The notes: a model not told the origin generated them from the letters alone. A stretch of DNA of 51,414 nt from Gammaproteobacteria bacterium (GCA_007571315.1 RKRP01000133.1:1-51414); one strand, 5' to 3'. Positions 19,576 to 30,102 are shown, counted from the stretch's first letter. Numbers and translations: made by a program.

Positions 19576-21177
19576 CTATCGTTGGGATGCGGCTCTCAGC
19601 TTGATGATCCGGCCCCCGCTGTCATGCTCCAGCAAAAGGTAGATTTCACCCGCCGGCCCCACTTCGATATCGCGAAAGCGGACCAGATCCTCCAGCAGCG
19701 TTTCCTGATGAACCAGCTGGTGGTCGATCACGGTCAGACGCAGCAGATCGGATGCCCGCAAAGTGCCCACAATGATGTCGCCGTTCCATTCCGGGAACAT
19801 GTCGCCCTGATAGAACACGAAGCTTGACAAGGCGGGCGCGGGCGTGAAGTCAATGAGAGGCTGCTGGATGTCGGCCGGATCAAACTCGATGCCCAGCGCA
19901 TCGCCCCAAGCCACCGGCCTGCCGTCGTAATTGACGCCCAGAGAGAGCAGCGGCCACCCGTAATTGCGCCCGGGTTCAATCAGATTGATTTCATCGCCCC
20001 CGCGCGGACCCATCTCGGTGCTCCAGAGCTCGCTGGTAACGGGATTGAATTCCAGGCCCTGAGGGTTGCGGTGGCCGTAGCTCCAAATGGCCGGCTCCGC
20101 CTCGGGCGCGCCGGCAAAGGGATTGTCGGCCGGCGCCCGGCCGTCGTCGTGCAAGCGCATGATTTTGCCGTAGGGGGTGCTGAGATCCTGCACGCCAATG
20201 TGTTCCAGCGGCCCCTTGATGCCTACGCCAAAATACACAAAGCCCTTGTTGTCGAAGGCGATGCGCCCCCCTGCGGCAATTTCCGGCATCAAGGTGTAGT
20301 GCGGGTAATCCGCCTGCCAGAGCACCTCCTCGTCCACCCAGGCGCCGTCCCTGATACGGCCGCGCGCCAGTTTGTTCATGGACACATCCAGTCCGGACTG
20401 CCTGCTGAGTGCGTTGCACCCGGAGCAGCGGTCGCCGTAATGGATATAAATCCAGCCGTTGTTCTCGTAATCGGGATGCGCGGCCACTTCCATCATCCAG
20501 CCCAGGCCCATTGGCTGACCGACGAAGTTGAAGGAGTCCGCGTAGGCTTTGGGCGCGCCGCGAATCAGGCCGGATTGCCGTCCGTCGGCGGTAATGATGC
20601 TTAAGCCCCGGCGCTTTTCGGACAGCAACAGCTGCCCGCCGGGCAAGGGTTCAATGGAAAACGGCAGCGGGTCCAGTCCTTCGGCCACCGTTTCAATGAC
20701 GAAATTGTGGCGTTCGCTTTCGATGGCGCCGGACGGTATTTCCAGCGGGGCGTTGTAGCGGAAATCCTCCAGGCTGGTGCCCTGACGCTGTTCGGAAACG
20801 TACAGGGCCAGGGCCCATATCTGCTCATCGCTGAGCGCCGGGGAAAACCCGGGCATGCCCCGTTCGGAAAACCCCTGCGCGGTGCTCCTGGCAATGTCAT
20901 CTATCGAATCGCCGCGGAGCAAATCGGCGCCCTTGAGCGCCGTGCCCTGGGGCGCTCCCTGCAAGGCTTCCCCGTGGCACACAGCGCATTCCCTGAGGTA
21001 AAGCCGGGCCACAAGATCGGGCGGCGCCTCAGGCATGTTCAGCTTCCTGAGATCGACAACCGCGGGCGCTCCGGCGGGTTGCGCCGCGGCGGCGTTGAAG
21101 TTGAAGACGCAGCAAGTGGCCGCAGCCAGCGCGGCGCGCATTACGGTTCCAAACATTCCTGTGGCCTTTTTGCGCAT
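19576..21177 (-). CDS. PQQ-dependent sugar dehydrogenase (GSDH) fused to N-terminal cytochrome c
   Basis: Signal peptide, CAVCH heme motif, YGHRNPQGL, EMGPRGGDEIN and NYGWP. Confidence 0.9.
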   Translation of the reverse strand: MRKKATGMFGTVMRAALAAATCCVFNFNAAAAQPAGAPAVVDLRKLNMPEAPPDLVARLYLRECAVCHGEALQGAPQGTALKGADLLRGDSIDDIARSTAQGFSERGMPGFSPALSDEQIWALALYVSEQRQGTSLEDFRYNAPLEIPSGAIESERHNFVIETVAEGLDPLPFSIEPLPGGQLLLSEKRRGLSIITADGRQSGLIRGAPKAYADSFNFVGQPMGLGWMMEVAAHPDYENNGWIYIHYGDRCSGCNALSRQSGLDVSMNKLARGRIRDGAWVDEEVLWQADYPHYTLMPEIAAGGRIAFDNKGFVYFGVGIKGPLEHIGVQDLSTPYGKIMRLHDDGRAPADNPFAGAPEAEPAIWSYGHRNPQGLEFNPVTSELWSTEMGPRGGDEINLIEPGRNYGWPLLSLGVNYDGRPVAWGDALGIEFDPADIQQPLIDFTPAPALSSFVFYQGDMFPEWNGDIIVGTLRASDLLRLTVIDHQLVHQETLLEDLVRFRDIEVGPAGEIYLLLEHDSGGRIIKLRAASQR

Positions 21178-21362
21178 CGGTTTTCAGGCAAGGCAAGGCG
21201 CCCCGGCCTCCTCAATGGACTCCCCCTGGCTGCATTGTGCCAGCGCCAGAATCCACAATGGATGACCGGGCAATCATAATTAGGGTAACCTTGACGGTGC
21301 GCGCGCGGTTTCAGGGTCCGTGCGCGGGCGTCCATTGCGGCCTTTTAAGGGGGGGGGTTGTT

Positions 21363-24179
21363 ATGAAGGCGACTTGCAGCCGGATTCTTGTTCTTTCACT
21401 TTCCATCGCGATTGCAACGGGAGCGCTGATTGCGCGGCCCGCGGCGGCGCAGGACGGCACAGCCTTCGAGGAAATCGTCGTTACCACGCGCAAGAAGGAA
21501 GAAAACCTTCAGGACATTCCGATCGCGGTAACCGCCTTGAGCCGCGAAGACATGGAGCGGGCCGGCGTCAAGGAATTGAACGAAATCGCCCACCATGATT
21601 CCAGCCTGCAATTCGACATGGGCTTTGCGCCCTCCGATACGCGGCTGGTGATACGCGGATTGTCGCCCACCCGCGGCCGGCCCAACGCGGCCACTTTGGT
21701 GGATGGCATCGATATTTCCAGCGAGGCTATTGGCGTGGCCGGCGGCACCTTGCTGATTAACCCTCGCATGCTCGACATTGAGCGCGTCGAGGTGGTAAAG
21801 GGTCCGCAAAGCGCCTTGTACGGCCGCAGCGCGTTTGCCGGCGCGGTTCAGTACGTTACCCGCGACGCTTCGGATTCGCTGCAGGGCGAAGCCTCGCTCG
21901 ACGGCGCCGAGGAGGGGTATTACACGTTCAAGGGCAGCTTGTCCGGCCCCTTAGGCGAAGCCGCGGGCTTCCGCCTTAACGCCATGCGCTGGGGAGAGGG
22001 CGGCTTCTACAAGAACTCCATCACCGGCAACGACATTGGCGGCGGCGAGGGGCTGGGCATTGCCGCCACGCTGAATTTTGAGCCGAACGATTCCTCACGC
22101 TACAAGCTGCGCGTGGAATACGCCGACGACGAGTTCGAGGTTATGCCGCAGGCCAATGTTCCCTTCAACGGGGTCAACCGCGTGCCGGATGCGGCTTCTA
22201 AGTGCAACGGCGGCTTCGTGAACGACGATGACTGCGACGGCCCGGCGAAAATCCTGCAGGATCACCTGTTGCGCACCGGGGCGGCGGACCCCAACGATCC
22301 TGCGGTATTCGACGACATGGAGCATCCCGGCGTTATTGGCGAGATTCCGGATGGCGGGGAACTCATGGTTACATTAACGCCCGATTACCGCCGGGGCATT
22401 GGCAACGACGATTATCCCGGCTCAACGCGGGAAGTGCTTCGATTCTCGCTCACGGCGGATTGGGAAATGGGGCCGGGCACGCTGACTTCGCTCACCGGCG
22501 CGGCGGATGCGGACACGGCGGCCCAAACGGACATCGACCGGATCGCCGAGGCCGGGCCGGGCGGCATGGACATCACCGCCGCAAGCCAGATTCTCAATAC
22601 CTGGACGAACACGTCCCTGCTCAGCCAGGAGTTGCGCTACGTTTCCGATTTCGAAGGGCGGTTCGACTTTGTTCTGGGCGCCCAGTTGTGGCAGGAAGGC
22701 GTGGACCAGAACGACCGCAACCACACCATTGTGACCAATGGCACCTACTGCAGCCTGCTGCGCATCAAGCCCGGCCCGTTTGCGCCCGCGTTCACCATCG
22801 ACACGTTTGGCGGGAATCCTCAATTTGGAATACCCCCCAACCCCATGCGCAACACCTGCAAGTATTCCAGTTATCCCAGCGCGCTGATTACCCAGCAGAT
22901 CTTCGATGCGCGGAAGGTCACCACGGTGAGCCGCGATACAGACCATCGCTCCGTCTATCTGGCCTTCGATTTTGATTTGACAGACACGCTTACGGCCAGC
23001 GCGGAAGCGCGCTGGACCGACGAAACAACGGACCTGACCGCGCCCAATACGTTCAATCCCGACCCTAGAGTCCGCCGCGCGGAGGGCCCGGGGTCGCTGC
23101 AGGCCTGCGGGAGTTCCGGCAACTGCGTGCCCGGCGTGTCCTGGGGCGTTTATCCGCCCGATGGATTCGGCGTGGCCGGCAACTTCTCCACGCCCCTCAC
23201 ATTCAGCCGCAGCGATAGCTACGTCACGCCCAAGGTAGGTTTGCAGTGGGCACCCTCGGATAGCGCGATGATGTACTTCTCTTGGGCCGTGGCCAAGAAG
23301 CCGGGCGGGTTCAGCACGCTGGGGATTGGCGGCTTCGGCGCGGATGCCAACGGCAACGGCGAACCGGACGAGGTGGAGTTCGAGCCCGAGGAAATGCAGG
23401 TGTGGGAACTGGGCATGAAGCGCACCCTTCTGGATGGGCGCCTGCGGTTCAACGGCGCCTGGTTCTTCCAGGACTTTACCGACAAGCAAATCAGCACCCA
23501 GCGGATCATTCGCGGGCAACTGGGCACAGTAATCAGCAATGCCAGCGGCGCCGAAGTGCATGGCGTGGAACTGGACGCGAACTGGCTGCTCAACGACAAC
23601 TGGAGGCTGTCGGGCGGCTACACGTGGCTGGATGGGGAGTACACCGATTACAAGGTGCTGTCCACCGGTTCGGCGGACGCGGCCCGCGTGGGCAATTGCA
23701 CCCTGGTTCAGGCGGCGGGCGCGCCGGTTTGCGAAGTCGATCGCAGCGGCTTCAAGCTGGAGCGGTCGCCGGAGCATTCATGGCAATTCACCCTGGCCTA
23801 CCAGGGGCCTTCCGGCATCCGGCAGGGATGGGATTCCTTCGCGTCCTTCAGCGCCAACTACCAGAGCGAGAGATTCATAGAGGATTTCAACAAGAAAATA
23901 CTCAAGTCCTACTGGCGCGCCAACCTGAATTTGGGGCTGGCCGCGGACGAATGGGAATTCACGGTTTATGTGAACAACCTGTTCGACGACGACACGGTCA
24001 CCTGGGCGGGCGGCGGCCCGGGCATGCCGGTTAGCGACTGGCGATTCGCCATTCTGGTGGACACGACGGGATTGGGAGCGCCGTTCACCATTCTCCCGGC
24101 GCCGCGTATCGCATCCACCGTGTATGGTTATTTGCCGCCTCCGCGGCAGATTGGCGCGCGCCTGACCTTCCGCTTCTAG
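21363..24179 (+). CDS. TonB-dependent receptor
   Basis: Signal peptide, EEIVVTTRKKEENLQD, ERVEVVKGPQSALYGR and terminal Phe. Confidence 0.93.
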   Translation: MKATCSRILVLSLSIAIATGALIARPAAAQDGTAFEEIVVTTRKKEENLQDIPIAVTALSREDMERAGVKELNEIAHHDSSLQFDMGFAPSDTRLVIRGLSPTRGRPNAATLVDGIDISSEAIGVAGGTLLINPRMLDIERVEVVKGPQSALYGRSAFAGAVQYVTRDASDSLQGEASLDGAEEGYYTFKGSLSGPLGEAAGFRLNAMRWGEGGFYKNSITGNDIGGGEGLGIAATLNFEPNDSSRYKLRVEYADDEFEVMPQANVPFNGVNRVPDAASKCNGGFVNDDDCDGPAKILQDHLLRTGAADPNDPAVFDDMEHPGVIGEIPDGGELMVTLTPDYRRGIGNDDYPGSTREVLRFSLTADWEMGPGTLTSLTGAADADTAAQTDIDRIAEAGPGGMDITAASQILNTWTNTSLLSQELRYVSDFEGRFDFVLGAQLWQEGVDQNDRNHTIVTNGTYCSLLRIKPGPFAPAFTIDTFGGNPQFGIPPNPMRNTCKYSSYPSALITQQIFDARKVTTVSRDTDHRSVYLAFDFDLTDTLTASAEARWTDETTDLTAPNTFNPDPRVRRAEGPGSLQACGSSGNCVPGVSWGVYPPDGFGVAGNFSTPLTFSRSDSYVTPKVGLQWAPSDSAMMYFSWAVAKKPGGFSTLGIGGFGADANGNGEPDEVEFEPEEMQVWELGMKRTLLDGRLRFNGAWFFQDFTDKQISTQRIIRGQLGTVISNASGAEVHGVELDANWLLNDNWRLSGGYTWLDGEYTDYKVLSTGSADAARVGNCTLVQAAGAPVCEVDRSGFKLERSPEHSWQFTLAYQGPSGIRQGWDSFASFSANYQSERFIEDFNKKILKSYWRANLNLGLAADEWEFTVYVNNLFDDDTVTWAGGGPGMPVSDWRFAILVDTTGLGAPFTILPAPRIASTVYGYLPPPRQIGARLTFRF

Positions 24180-24318
24180 CGCAAGGAGGGGAGCTGGCGA
24201 ACAATAGCGAACAGCGGCGTTTCCGTCCTCGTTGAGGGCAGCGCGCTCTTGCATGGGGCGCCGAGCCCCGGTTGGCGGGCCGCTGGGCGCGGTGCGCCTG
24301 AAAACTGCTGCGGTTGCG

Positions 24319-24346
24319 CTTGAAAACCAGGAATCCGCCCCCATAA
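24319..24346 (+). promoter_or_regulatory. Sigma32-type heat-shock promoter upstream of rpoH
   Basis: CTTGAAA-13 bp-CCCCATAA, matching the sigma32 consensus. Confidence 0.7.
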
Positions 24347-24382
24347 AGTGGTAAAATCCACCGCGTAATGCCCAAGGATGCG

Positions 24383-25249
24383 ATGAACACAGCGATTGCC
24401 GCAACCCAGCGCGACCTGATCTTGGCGGGCCCGCTGGGCAGTCTGGACGCGTATATACAGGCGGTGGGCTCGGTGCCTTCCCTCAGCGAAGAAGAAGAGC
24501 GCGAGCTGGCGGTCCGGTTGCGCGAAGAAGGCGACTTGGATGCGGCGCGCCAGTTGGTGCTCGCGCACTTGCGGTTCGTGGTGCATGTCGCCAGCGGCTA
24601 CCAGGGCTACGGCCTGCCCATGGCCGATCTGATTCAGGAAGGCAACGTGGGCCTGATGAAGGCCGTAAAGCGTTTCGACCCGTCCGTGGGCGTGCGCCTG
24701 GTTACCTTCGCCGTGCACTGGATCCGGGCCGAAATTCACGAATTCGTCCTGCGCAACTGGCGGCTGGTGAAGGTGGCTACAACCAAGGCCCAGCGCAAAC
24801 TGTTCTTCAACCTGCGCAAGCTCAAGAAGAGGCTGGGATGGATGTCGCCCGGCGAGCAGGAGGTTGTGGCGGACTATCTTGGCGTCAAGCCCCAGGAAGT
24901 GGCGGAAATGGAAATGCGTCTGGCCGGCCAGGACATCGCTTTCGACCCGCCGGAAGCCAGCGGCGACGAAGAGACGTTCTCGCCTTCGCAGTACCTGCCG
25001 AGTTCGGAAGCGGACCCCGCTGCCGAGCTGGAGGAAGCCGATGCCATGGAGCGCGCCAGCGAACAGTTGGCGGAGGCCCTGGAAAGCTTGGACGAGCGTT
25101 CCCGCGACATCATCACTGCCCGCCGCCTCACGGAAAAGAAAACAACGCTGCAAGAACTGGCCAACCGCTACAGCGTATCCCCCGAAAGAATCCGCCAAAT
25201 TGAAAACCTGGCCCTAAAACAACTGCGCGCCGCCATCACCGCCCCGTAG
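24383..25249 (+). CDS. rpoH: RNA polymerase sigma factor RpoH (sigma32)
   Basis: [19 protein letters not shown] and RpoH box QRKLFFNLR. Confidence 0.96.
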   Translation: MNTAIAATQRDLILAGPLGSLDAYIQAVGSVPSLSEEEERELAVRLREEGDLDAARQLVLAHLRFVVHVASGYQGYGLPMADLIQEGNVGLMKAVKRFDPSVGVRLVTFAVHWIRAEIHEFVLRNWRLVKVATTKAQRKLFFNLRKLKKRLGWMSPGEQEVVADYLGVKPQEVAEMEMRLAGQDIAFDPPEASGDEETFSPSQYLPSSEADPAAELEEADAMERASEQLAEALESLDERSRDIITARRLTEKKTTLQELANRYSVSPERIRQIENLALKQLRAAITAP

Positions 25250-25365
25250 GAAAGTTCCGAACAGGCCCCCAATGGCGCGAGATGCCGTCATTTGCCATTT
25301 CGGCCAAGACAAAGCCCCCAGAGTCATCAAACTTCTACTTTAGATACGGTCTGCCCGCCACGGCA

Positions 25366-26307
25366 TCACCGCGCCCAAGCATGGTGAATGATTGCTCTGG
25401 CAAGTTTCCAATCCAAGCGTCGGCGATACATCCCGTCTTGTCTGATGCCTTTGTAGCAAGTCATAAGCACATCCCGCGTCTGTTTGCGAAAGTTGTTCAG
25501 ATAACGATTCCATGATGCAATTCTTACAGGACCTTCCACTGACAACTTCGTGATGTGCCTTCCTGTCTTCTTGACCTGATACGCAGCCAACTCTTCTACA
25601 TCACAAAATCGGATAGACGCTGTTCTAGTGTTGTCCAGGGCGATCAGTCCAACATTGCCATTCGGGTCGTTGAACTTGACTTGGGGGCCGTCAGGTTTCG
25701 GTACGGGGCGCATAGCTTCCAACTCAGATAACTTGCCAATTTCTGCAGCGCCAAACCACAATTGTGTATCAGTAGTGCTTGTTGGGGAGAATAGGGCCAA
25801 CCCCACAGGATGCCCTGTGTCGCTAAAAATGTTTGGGGATAGGGATATAAAGTCTGTCAACCGTCCTCGGAAATCCGATGTGCAAATGAATGACTCTGGC
25901 ACGAGAGCGGCCAGCCATTCACAGTGGCTCAAGCATTTTTCCAACGCAAATTTATAGAGATCATCATGCGGCGTTTCCGGGAAATTCATTCCTCGAAAGG
26001 TTGCACTGTTACGCGCTAGCCACGGCGGGTTTGTGACGCATACTTTGTATCCGCTTGGGAATGAAGTTAACGTGTCTCGCCTATCAACACGGTGGTCGGC
26101 GGGACAAATGTCGTAGGACTTAAAGCGTGTGCACAGCTCCATGTTCTCCAGGTGAACAATTAAGCTGTTTGCCCCCGCGAATGGTTCAAGAATAGTGGCA
26201 GCCTTGATTTCGCACTCCCGCGCCCACATGAGGAAAGCGGGGTGGTGAAAGGGGTTGCCGGTTGTGAAGAACTGTCCGTTTCTTCTCTTTTGTTCTTTCT
26301 GACTCAA
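25366..26307 (-). CDS. Putative N6-adenine DNA methyltransferase (gamma order)
   Basis: GQFFT, LEPFAG motif I then TNPPW motif IV; lower GC; TTG start uncertain. Confidence 0.7.
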   Translation of the reverse strand: MSQKEQKRRNGQFFTTGNPFHHPAFLMWARECEIKAATILEPFAGANSLIVHLENMELCTRFKSYDICPADHRVDRRDTLTSFPSGYKVCVTNPPWLARNSATFRGMNFPETPHDDLYKFALEKCLSHCEWLAALVPESFICTSDFRGRLTDFISLSPNIFSDTGHPVGLALFSPTSTTDTQLWFGAAEIGKLSELEAMRPVPKPDGPQVKFNDPNGNVGLIALDNTRTASIRFCDVEELAAYQVKKTGRHITKLSVEGPVRIASWNRYLNNFRKQTRDVLMTCYKGIRQDGMYRRRLDWKLARAIIHHAWAR

Positions 26308-26457
26308 GCCCGCCCCCTGAATCCGTCCGTTACGAAAAGTTCCCTGCTCCGTTTGCGCATGCTAGCCGACAAAGCCATGAAGCGCATTGATGATACACCC
26401 TAGTCTGAATTAGCAGGTCGCCCCCCGCACTTACTCGCAGCACAGGTGAGTCCGGGG

Positions 26458-27933
26458 TTACAAGGCAAGTTCCGGCTGTCGTGTTTTCAGGCGCTTCGGT
26501 TCGATGGTTCCGTAGCGCTCTTCTGCCAGCAATCCGATATCCAGGCTGGCCAGCAGACTAGCGGTTATTGGCCTCTTGGCATCCCAGAAAATAAATGACC
26601 GGAAGAATCCTCTGGCTGTTTCAGAGTTCAGCAAATCCTTCAGGTATTCTGCTTCGCCTTCATTCTCGCAAGGCAGAAAATAGCAAGTGTCGTCAAGCAC
26701 TACCGGCCTGCCATTCACGGGAGCTACCGTCCGAAATTCGAGATGCTTGTAGAACCCCGAAATGGCGACCTTCCACGGAGCGAAACTGTAATTTCCCACT
26801 CCGAAGACGGAATAGCGGGGCCGATTGCGGTAAATCGCGCTTGATCGAGCGTCGAGCGCATCGGAATGGGACTCAAGGTAGCGCCAGGTAAGAGGCGCTT
26901 TGCGGGCGATTCGCGCGGTGTCTTCGCCTATGGCGGTTTGCGTTACGAGCATATAGCGGGACGGCGCGCTGCCTTTCGAGAGATCGGAACTCTTAAGCAT
27001 CGGGAATAGAAATGTTTCCTCCAGCTTGACGGTTTCGCCGAGTCCGTTTCTGTACAAGCCAGGCTTGGCCGCCGGGCGCAACTCCATGACGCGCGAACAA
27101 TCGTGTTTGATCCCGGAACGCCATTTGAGTGGGGACGTTCCGCACAGGCGCTCATAGGCGCCTAGCGAATCCACATCGGCGACCAAACGGTCGTTGCGCA
27201 AGCCAAATGTCGTGTCCGGTTGAGATGACTTGAGCGTGGCAAAGGCATCGCACTCCCGGGAATGAGCGCCCGGTTTCAGGACGGTAACCAGCAGGCAGGC
27301 ATCTGCCGAAGCGCCGAAGTGGTCCAATGCGCTGATGCCATAGGCTGAGGATTTCTCGACCTGGAGATTGTTCTTCCAAGCATGACGCAACACTTTTCTG
27401 GCCACGGTTGTCTTGCATAGCATCGCCAACACTGCGGCGCGGCCCGAAAGCCATTCCAAAAGGCGAGTCAGCATCCATTCCGAAATGTCGAAGTTGCTCT
27501 TTCCGGTAATCGCATCAAGACCGTTGAAACGCTGGAAATTCGATTTGGATGGCAGATTTGAGCCGTTGAAGGAGCCCAATGCGGAATTGGTCACCCAAGG
27601 CGGATTGCCTATTGCCAGTATGGGTTCGCTAAGCTCTTTCAATGTCTTCGGCCAATTCTCCGCAAAGAAGTTTGCTTGGCGGACTTTCGCCCGCTTTGCC
27701 TGACTTCGGGCGGCTTCGACATGCTTGGGGTTAATGTCGAATCCAAGGAACAAATCGCAGTTGGGAAAGGCGGCTTCCGATGCTTGGAGGAAGGCACCGG
27801 TGCCGCATGTGGGTTCGACGACCGCGGCGGGCGATATTTTCAGCCGAACAAGAAGATCGCATACTTGGCTGGCAAGTATCGCTGGCGTCTGAAAATCGCC
27901 AAGTTCCGTCTTTTCTCTGGTCTTTATGCCCAT
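26458..27933 (-). CDS. N6-adenine DNA methyltransferase, gamma class (possibly NspV-like)
   Basis: GDFQTP, EPTCGTG, GNPPW and WRSGIKHDC; follows the REase gene by 4 bp. Confidence 0.85.
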   Translation of the reverse strand: MGIKTREKTELGDFQTPAILASQVCDLLVRLKISPAAVVEPTCGTGAFLQASEAAFPNCDLFLGFDINPKHVEAARSQAKRAKVRQANFFAENWPKTLKELSEPILAIGNPPWVTNSALGSFNGSNLPSKSNFQRFNGLDAITGKSNFDISEWMLTRLLEWLSGRAAVLAMLCKTTVARKVLRHAWKNNLQVEKSSAYGISALDHFGASADACLLVTVLKPGAHSRECDAFATLKSSQPDTTFGLRNDRLVADVDSLGAYERLCGTSPLKWRSGIKHDCSRVMELRPAAKPGLYRNGLGETVKLEETFLFPMLKSSDLSKGSAPSRYMLVTQTAIGEDTARIARKAPLTWRYLESHSDALDARSSAIYRNRPRYSVFGVGNYSFAPWKVAISGFYKHLEFRTVAPVNGRPVVLDDTCYFLPCENEGEAEYLKDLLNSETARGFFRSFIFWDAKRPITASLLASLDIGLLAEERYGTIEPKRLKTRQPELAL

Positions 27934-27937
27934 CCAA

Positions 27938-28591
27938 TCAAGCAATCCTTTGGATACCTCCAACCTTACCCGCCTCTTCGATTGCCCGCTTGTATTGCAG
28001 GCGCCATTGAAGTGCATTGGAAATCGTCAAATACCCTATTTGGGGAGGATTTCGCAGAAGTTCTTCAGCCAGTTCGAGCGCTTCCGTCTCATCGATCGGC
28101 AAGTTGCGGTCGTTCATGAAAGCCATGAGATCTTCGGCGTTGCCATCCCGTGAAATGATTTCTCGAATTCCTTGAGTGGTTTGGTAGTCTGCGGTTCGCG
28201 CCTCCTCAACATAAATGACATGAAGAATGTCCAGTCTCGCGGTTTGAAGTTCTTTGTTATCTGATTTTGAGTAAACAAATACAAGCAGTGAATACCCGAG
28301 TCCGCATACTTTCTGACGCGCGGACCTGAAGGGTGATGACGATTGCGGCTGCTTGATGCTTGTTACCTTCATGTCCACATTTAGATCCGGAAAATCGATC
28401 CCTTTCGCTGAACTGCCAATTTCGCACACGTACTTTTCATTGAGAAGGCGTTTGAATTTGTGCTCCAGATAGGTGCCCACGGCCTTGCCATCAGTAACGC
28501 CATAAAGATTCGGTTCGTCGTGGACGGATTCCGAGGTTGAAAATTTCGTCGCCTCGGATAAGAGAAATGTGATATTGAGCCTCGGTTTCAT
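27938..28591 (-). CDS. Putative type II restriction endonuclease (possibly NspV-like)
   Basis: GVTDGKAVGTYLEHKF, IDFPDLNVDMKVTS (PD...DxK) and LQWRLQY; upstream of the MTase. Confidence 0.7.
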   Translation of the reverse strand: MKPRLNITFLLSEATKFSTSESVHDEPNLYGVTDGKAVGTYLEHKFKRLLNEKYVCEIGSSAKGIDFPDLNVDMKVTSIKQPQSSSPFRSARQKVCGLGYSLLVFVYSKSDNKELQTARLDILHVIYVEEARTADYQTTQGIREIISRDGNAEDLMAFMNDRNLPIDETEALELAEELLRNPPQIGYLTISNALQWRLQYKRAIEEAGKVGGIQRIA

Positions 28592-28811
28592 ATTGTTGTA
28601 GATTTCACCCCAAAGTTGCGACTGCTTTCAAGTGAAAGCATTAATACTGCCCATGCCCGCTCTTGAATCGCCCTCACTACACGGCGTAATCTGAAACTGG
28701 ACACTTCTATTTGTCCGCAACATGCAGGGGCACACGCATTACCGGACAGCTATTTTTGCGTCATAATGTTCGGCTGGGCATCTTAATGAATTCTGGAAAC
28801 CGGGAGGCAGG

Positions 28812-30102
28812 ATGAACTGGAGAGTGGCGGCGGCGCTGGCAGCAGCTTCCGCGTGGCTCGGGGTTGCCGGGTGTGCGAAGACGCAGGTTTCCTGCGATGA
28901 CTGGAACACGACAGCATTTTTCGCGGGTGCGTCCATTGCCGAAGTGTCACGCTGCTCAGCAGCCGACGCCGACCAGAATGCGCGGGATGAATACGGACGG
29001 ACACTCCTGCACTGGGCGGCACTCCTTCACCAGGACCCCGCGGTCATTGTGGCTCTGGTTGACGCGGGCGCTGATCCGAACGGGCGGGATGAACGCGGAT
29101 GGACCCCTCTGCACTCGGCAGTGGCTGATAACGATATCCTCGCGGTCATTGCGGCACTGATGAGCAAGGCCAGGGCCGATTTGAACACGCGGGACGAAGA
29201 GGGCGTAGCCCTCCCGCGCGCGGCTGCGGCCCATAGCGGGATGACCGACTTCATTGCGGCACTGAGCAAGGCCAGGGCCGATTTGAACACGCAGGATGAC
29301 AAGGGAGCGATACCCCTGCGCGCGGCGGCTAATGGCTACGGGGACGGCGCGAAAGTGTATTCCACTCGCGATACCCCTGCGCGCGGCGGCTAATGACCAG
29401 CTTCCCGCGGTCATCGAGGCGCTGATTGATGCGGGCGCTGATCCGAACGTGCGGGAGCGATCTGGAATTACCCCTCTGGCCATTGCTTTATTGAGTAAAC
29501 GGGAACCTGCGGTCATCGAGGCGCTGACCAACGCTGGTGCTGATCCGAACGCGAGGGATAAAAGCGGACTCGGATGGACCCCTCTGCACTATGCGGTCTT
29601 CCTTAATGAGGATGCCTTGGTTACCGCGGCACTAATCGACTCTGGCGCTGATCCGAACGCGCGAAGTAGATCTGGAACTACCCCTCTGCACCTGGCGGCG
29701 CTCCTGGCGGAGGATCCCCTGGTAGTGGCGACGCTAATCGATGCGGGCGCTGATCCGAACGCGCAAGCCAAAGCAGGGTTGACTCCCCTGCACTGGGCGG
29801 CGGGTTTTATTGGGTACCCCGCGGTTATCGCGGCGCTGGTTGACTCCGGCGCCGACCCGAGTGCGCGGGATGATGACGGATGGACGCCCTTGCACTGGGC
29901 GGCGGGTTATATTGAGCACCCTGCGGTCATCGCGGCGCTGGTTGATGCTGGCGCTGATCCGAACGCGCTGTCTGACGACGGATTGACTCCCCTGCACGTG
30001 GCTACTGCCAATGGCGAGGCGAGGCGCGTAATGGCAGCGTTAATGTTCGTCGGCGCTGATATGGAAGCACGGCCCCCGATGGCCCCACTCCTTGAGAATT
30101 AA
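28812..30102 (+). pseudogene. Ankyrin-repeat lipoprotein frameshifted by a 61-bp insertion
   Basis: Lipobox VAGC and many G-x-TPLH...AGADPNA repeats split over two frames; removing 29335-29395 restores one 409-aa ORF. Confidence 0.85.
29307..29395 (+). CRISPR. Single repeat-spacer-repeat unit (candidate off-target neo-CRISPR integration)
   Basis: Exact 28-bp direct repeat GCGATACCCCTGCGCGCGGCGGCTAATG at 29307 and 29368 around a unique 33-bp insert; no cas genes in the window. Confidence 0.5.

Noticed and set aside
29296-29393. Programmed ribosomal frameshift or two separate ankyrin genes
   Set aside because: No slippery sequence; the exact 28-bp duplication plus insert accounts for the frame change.
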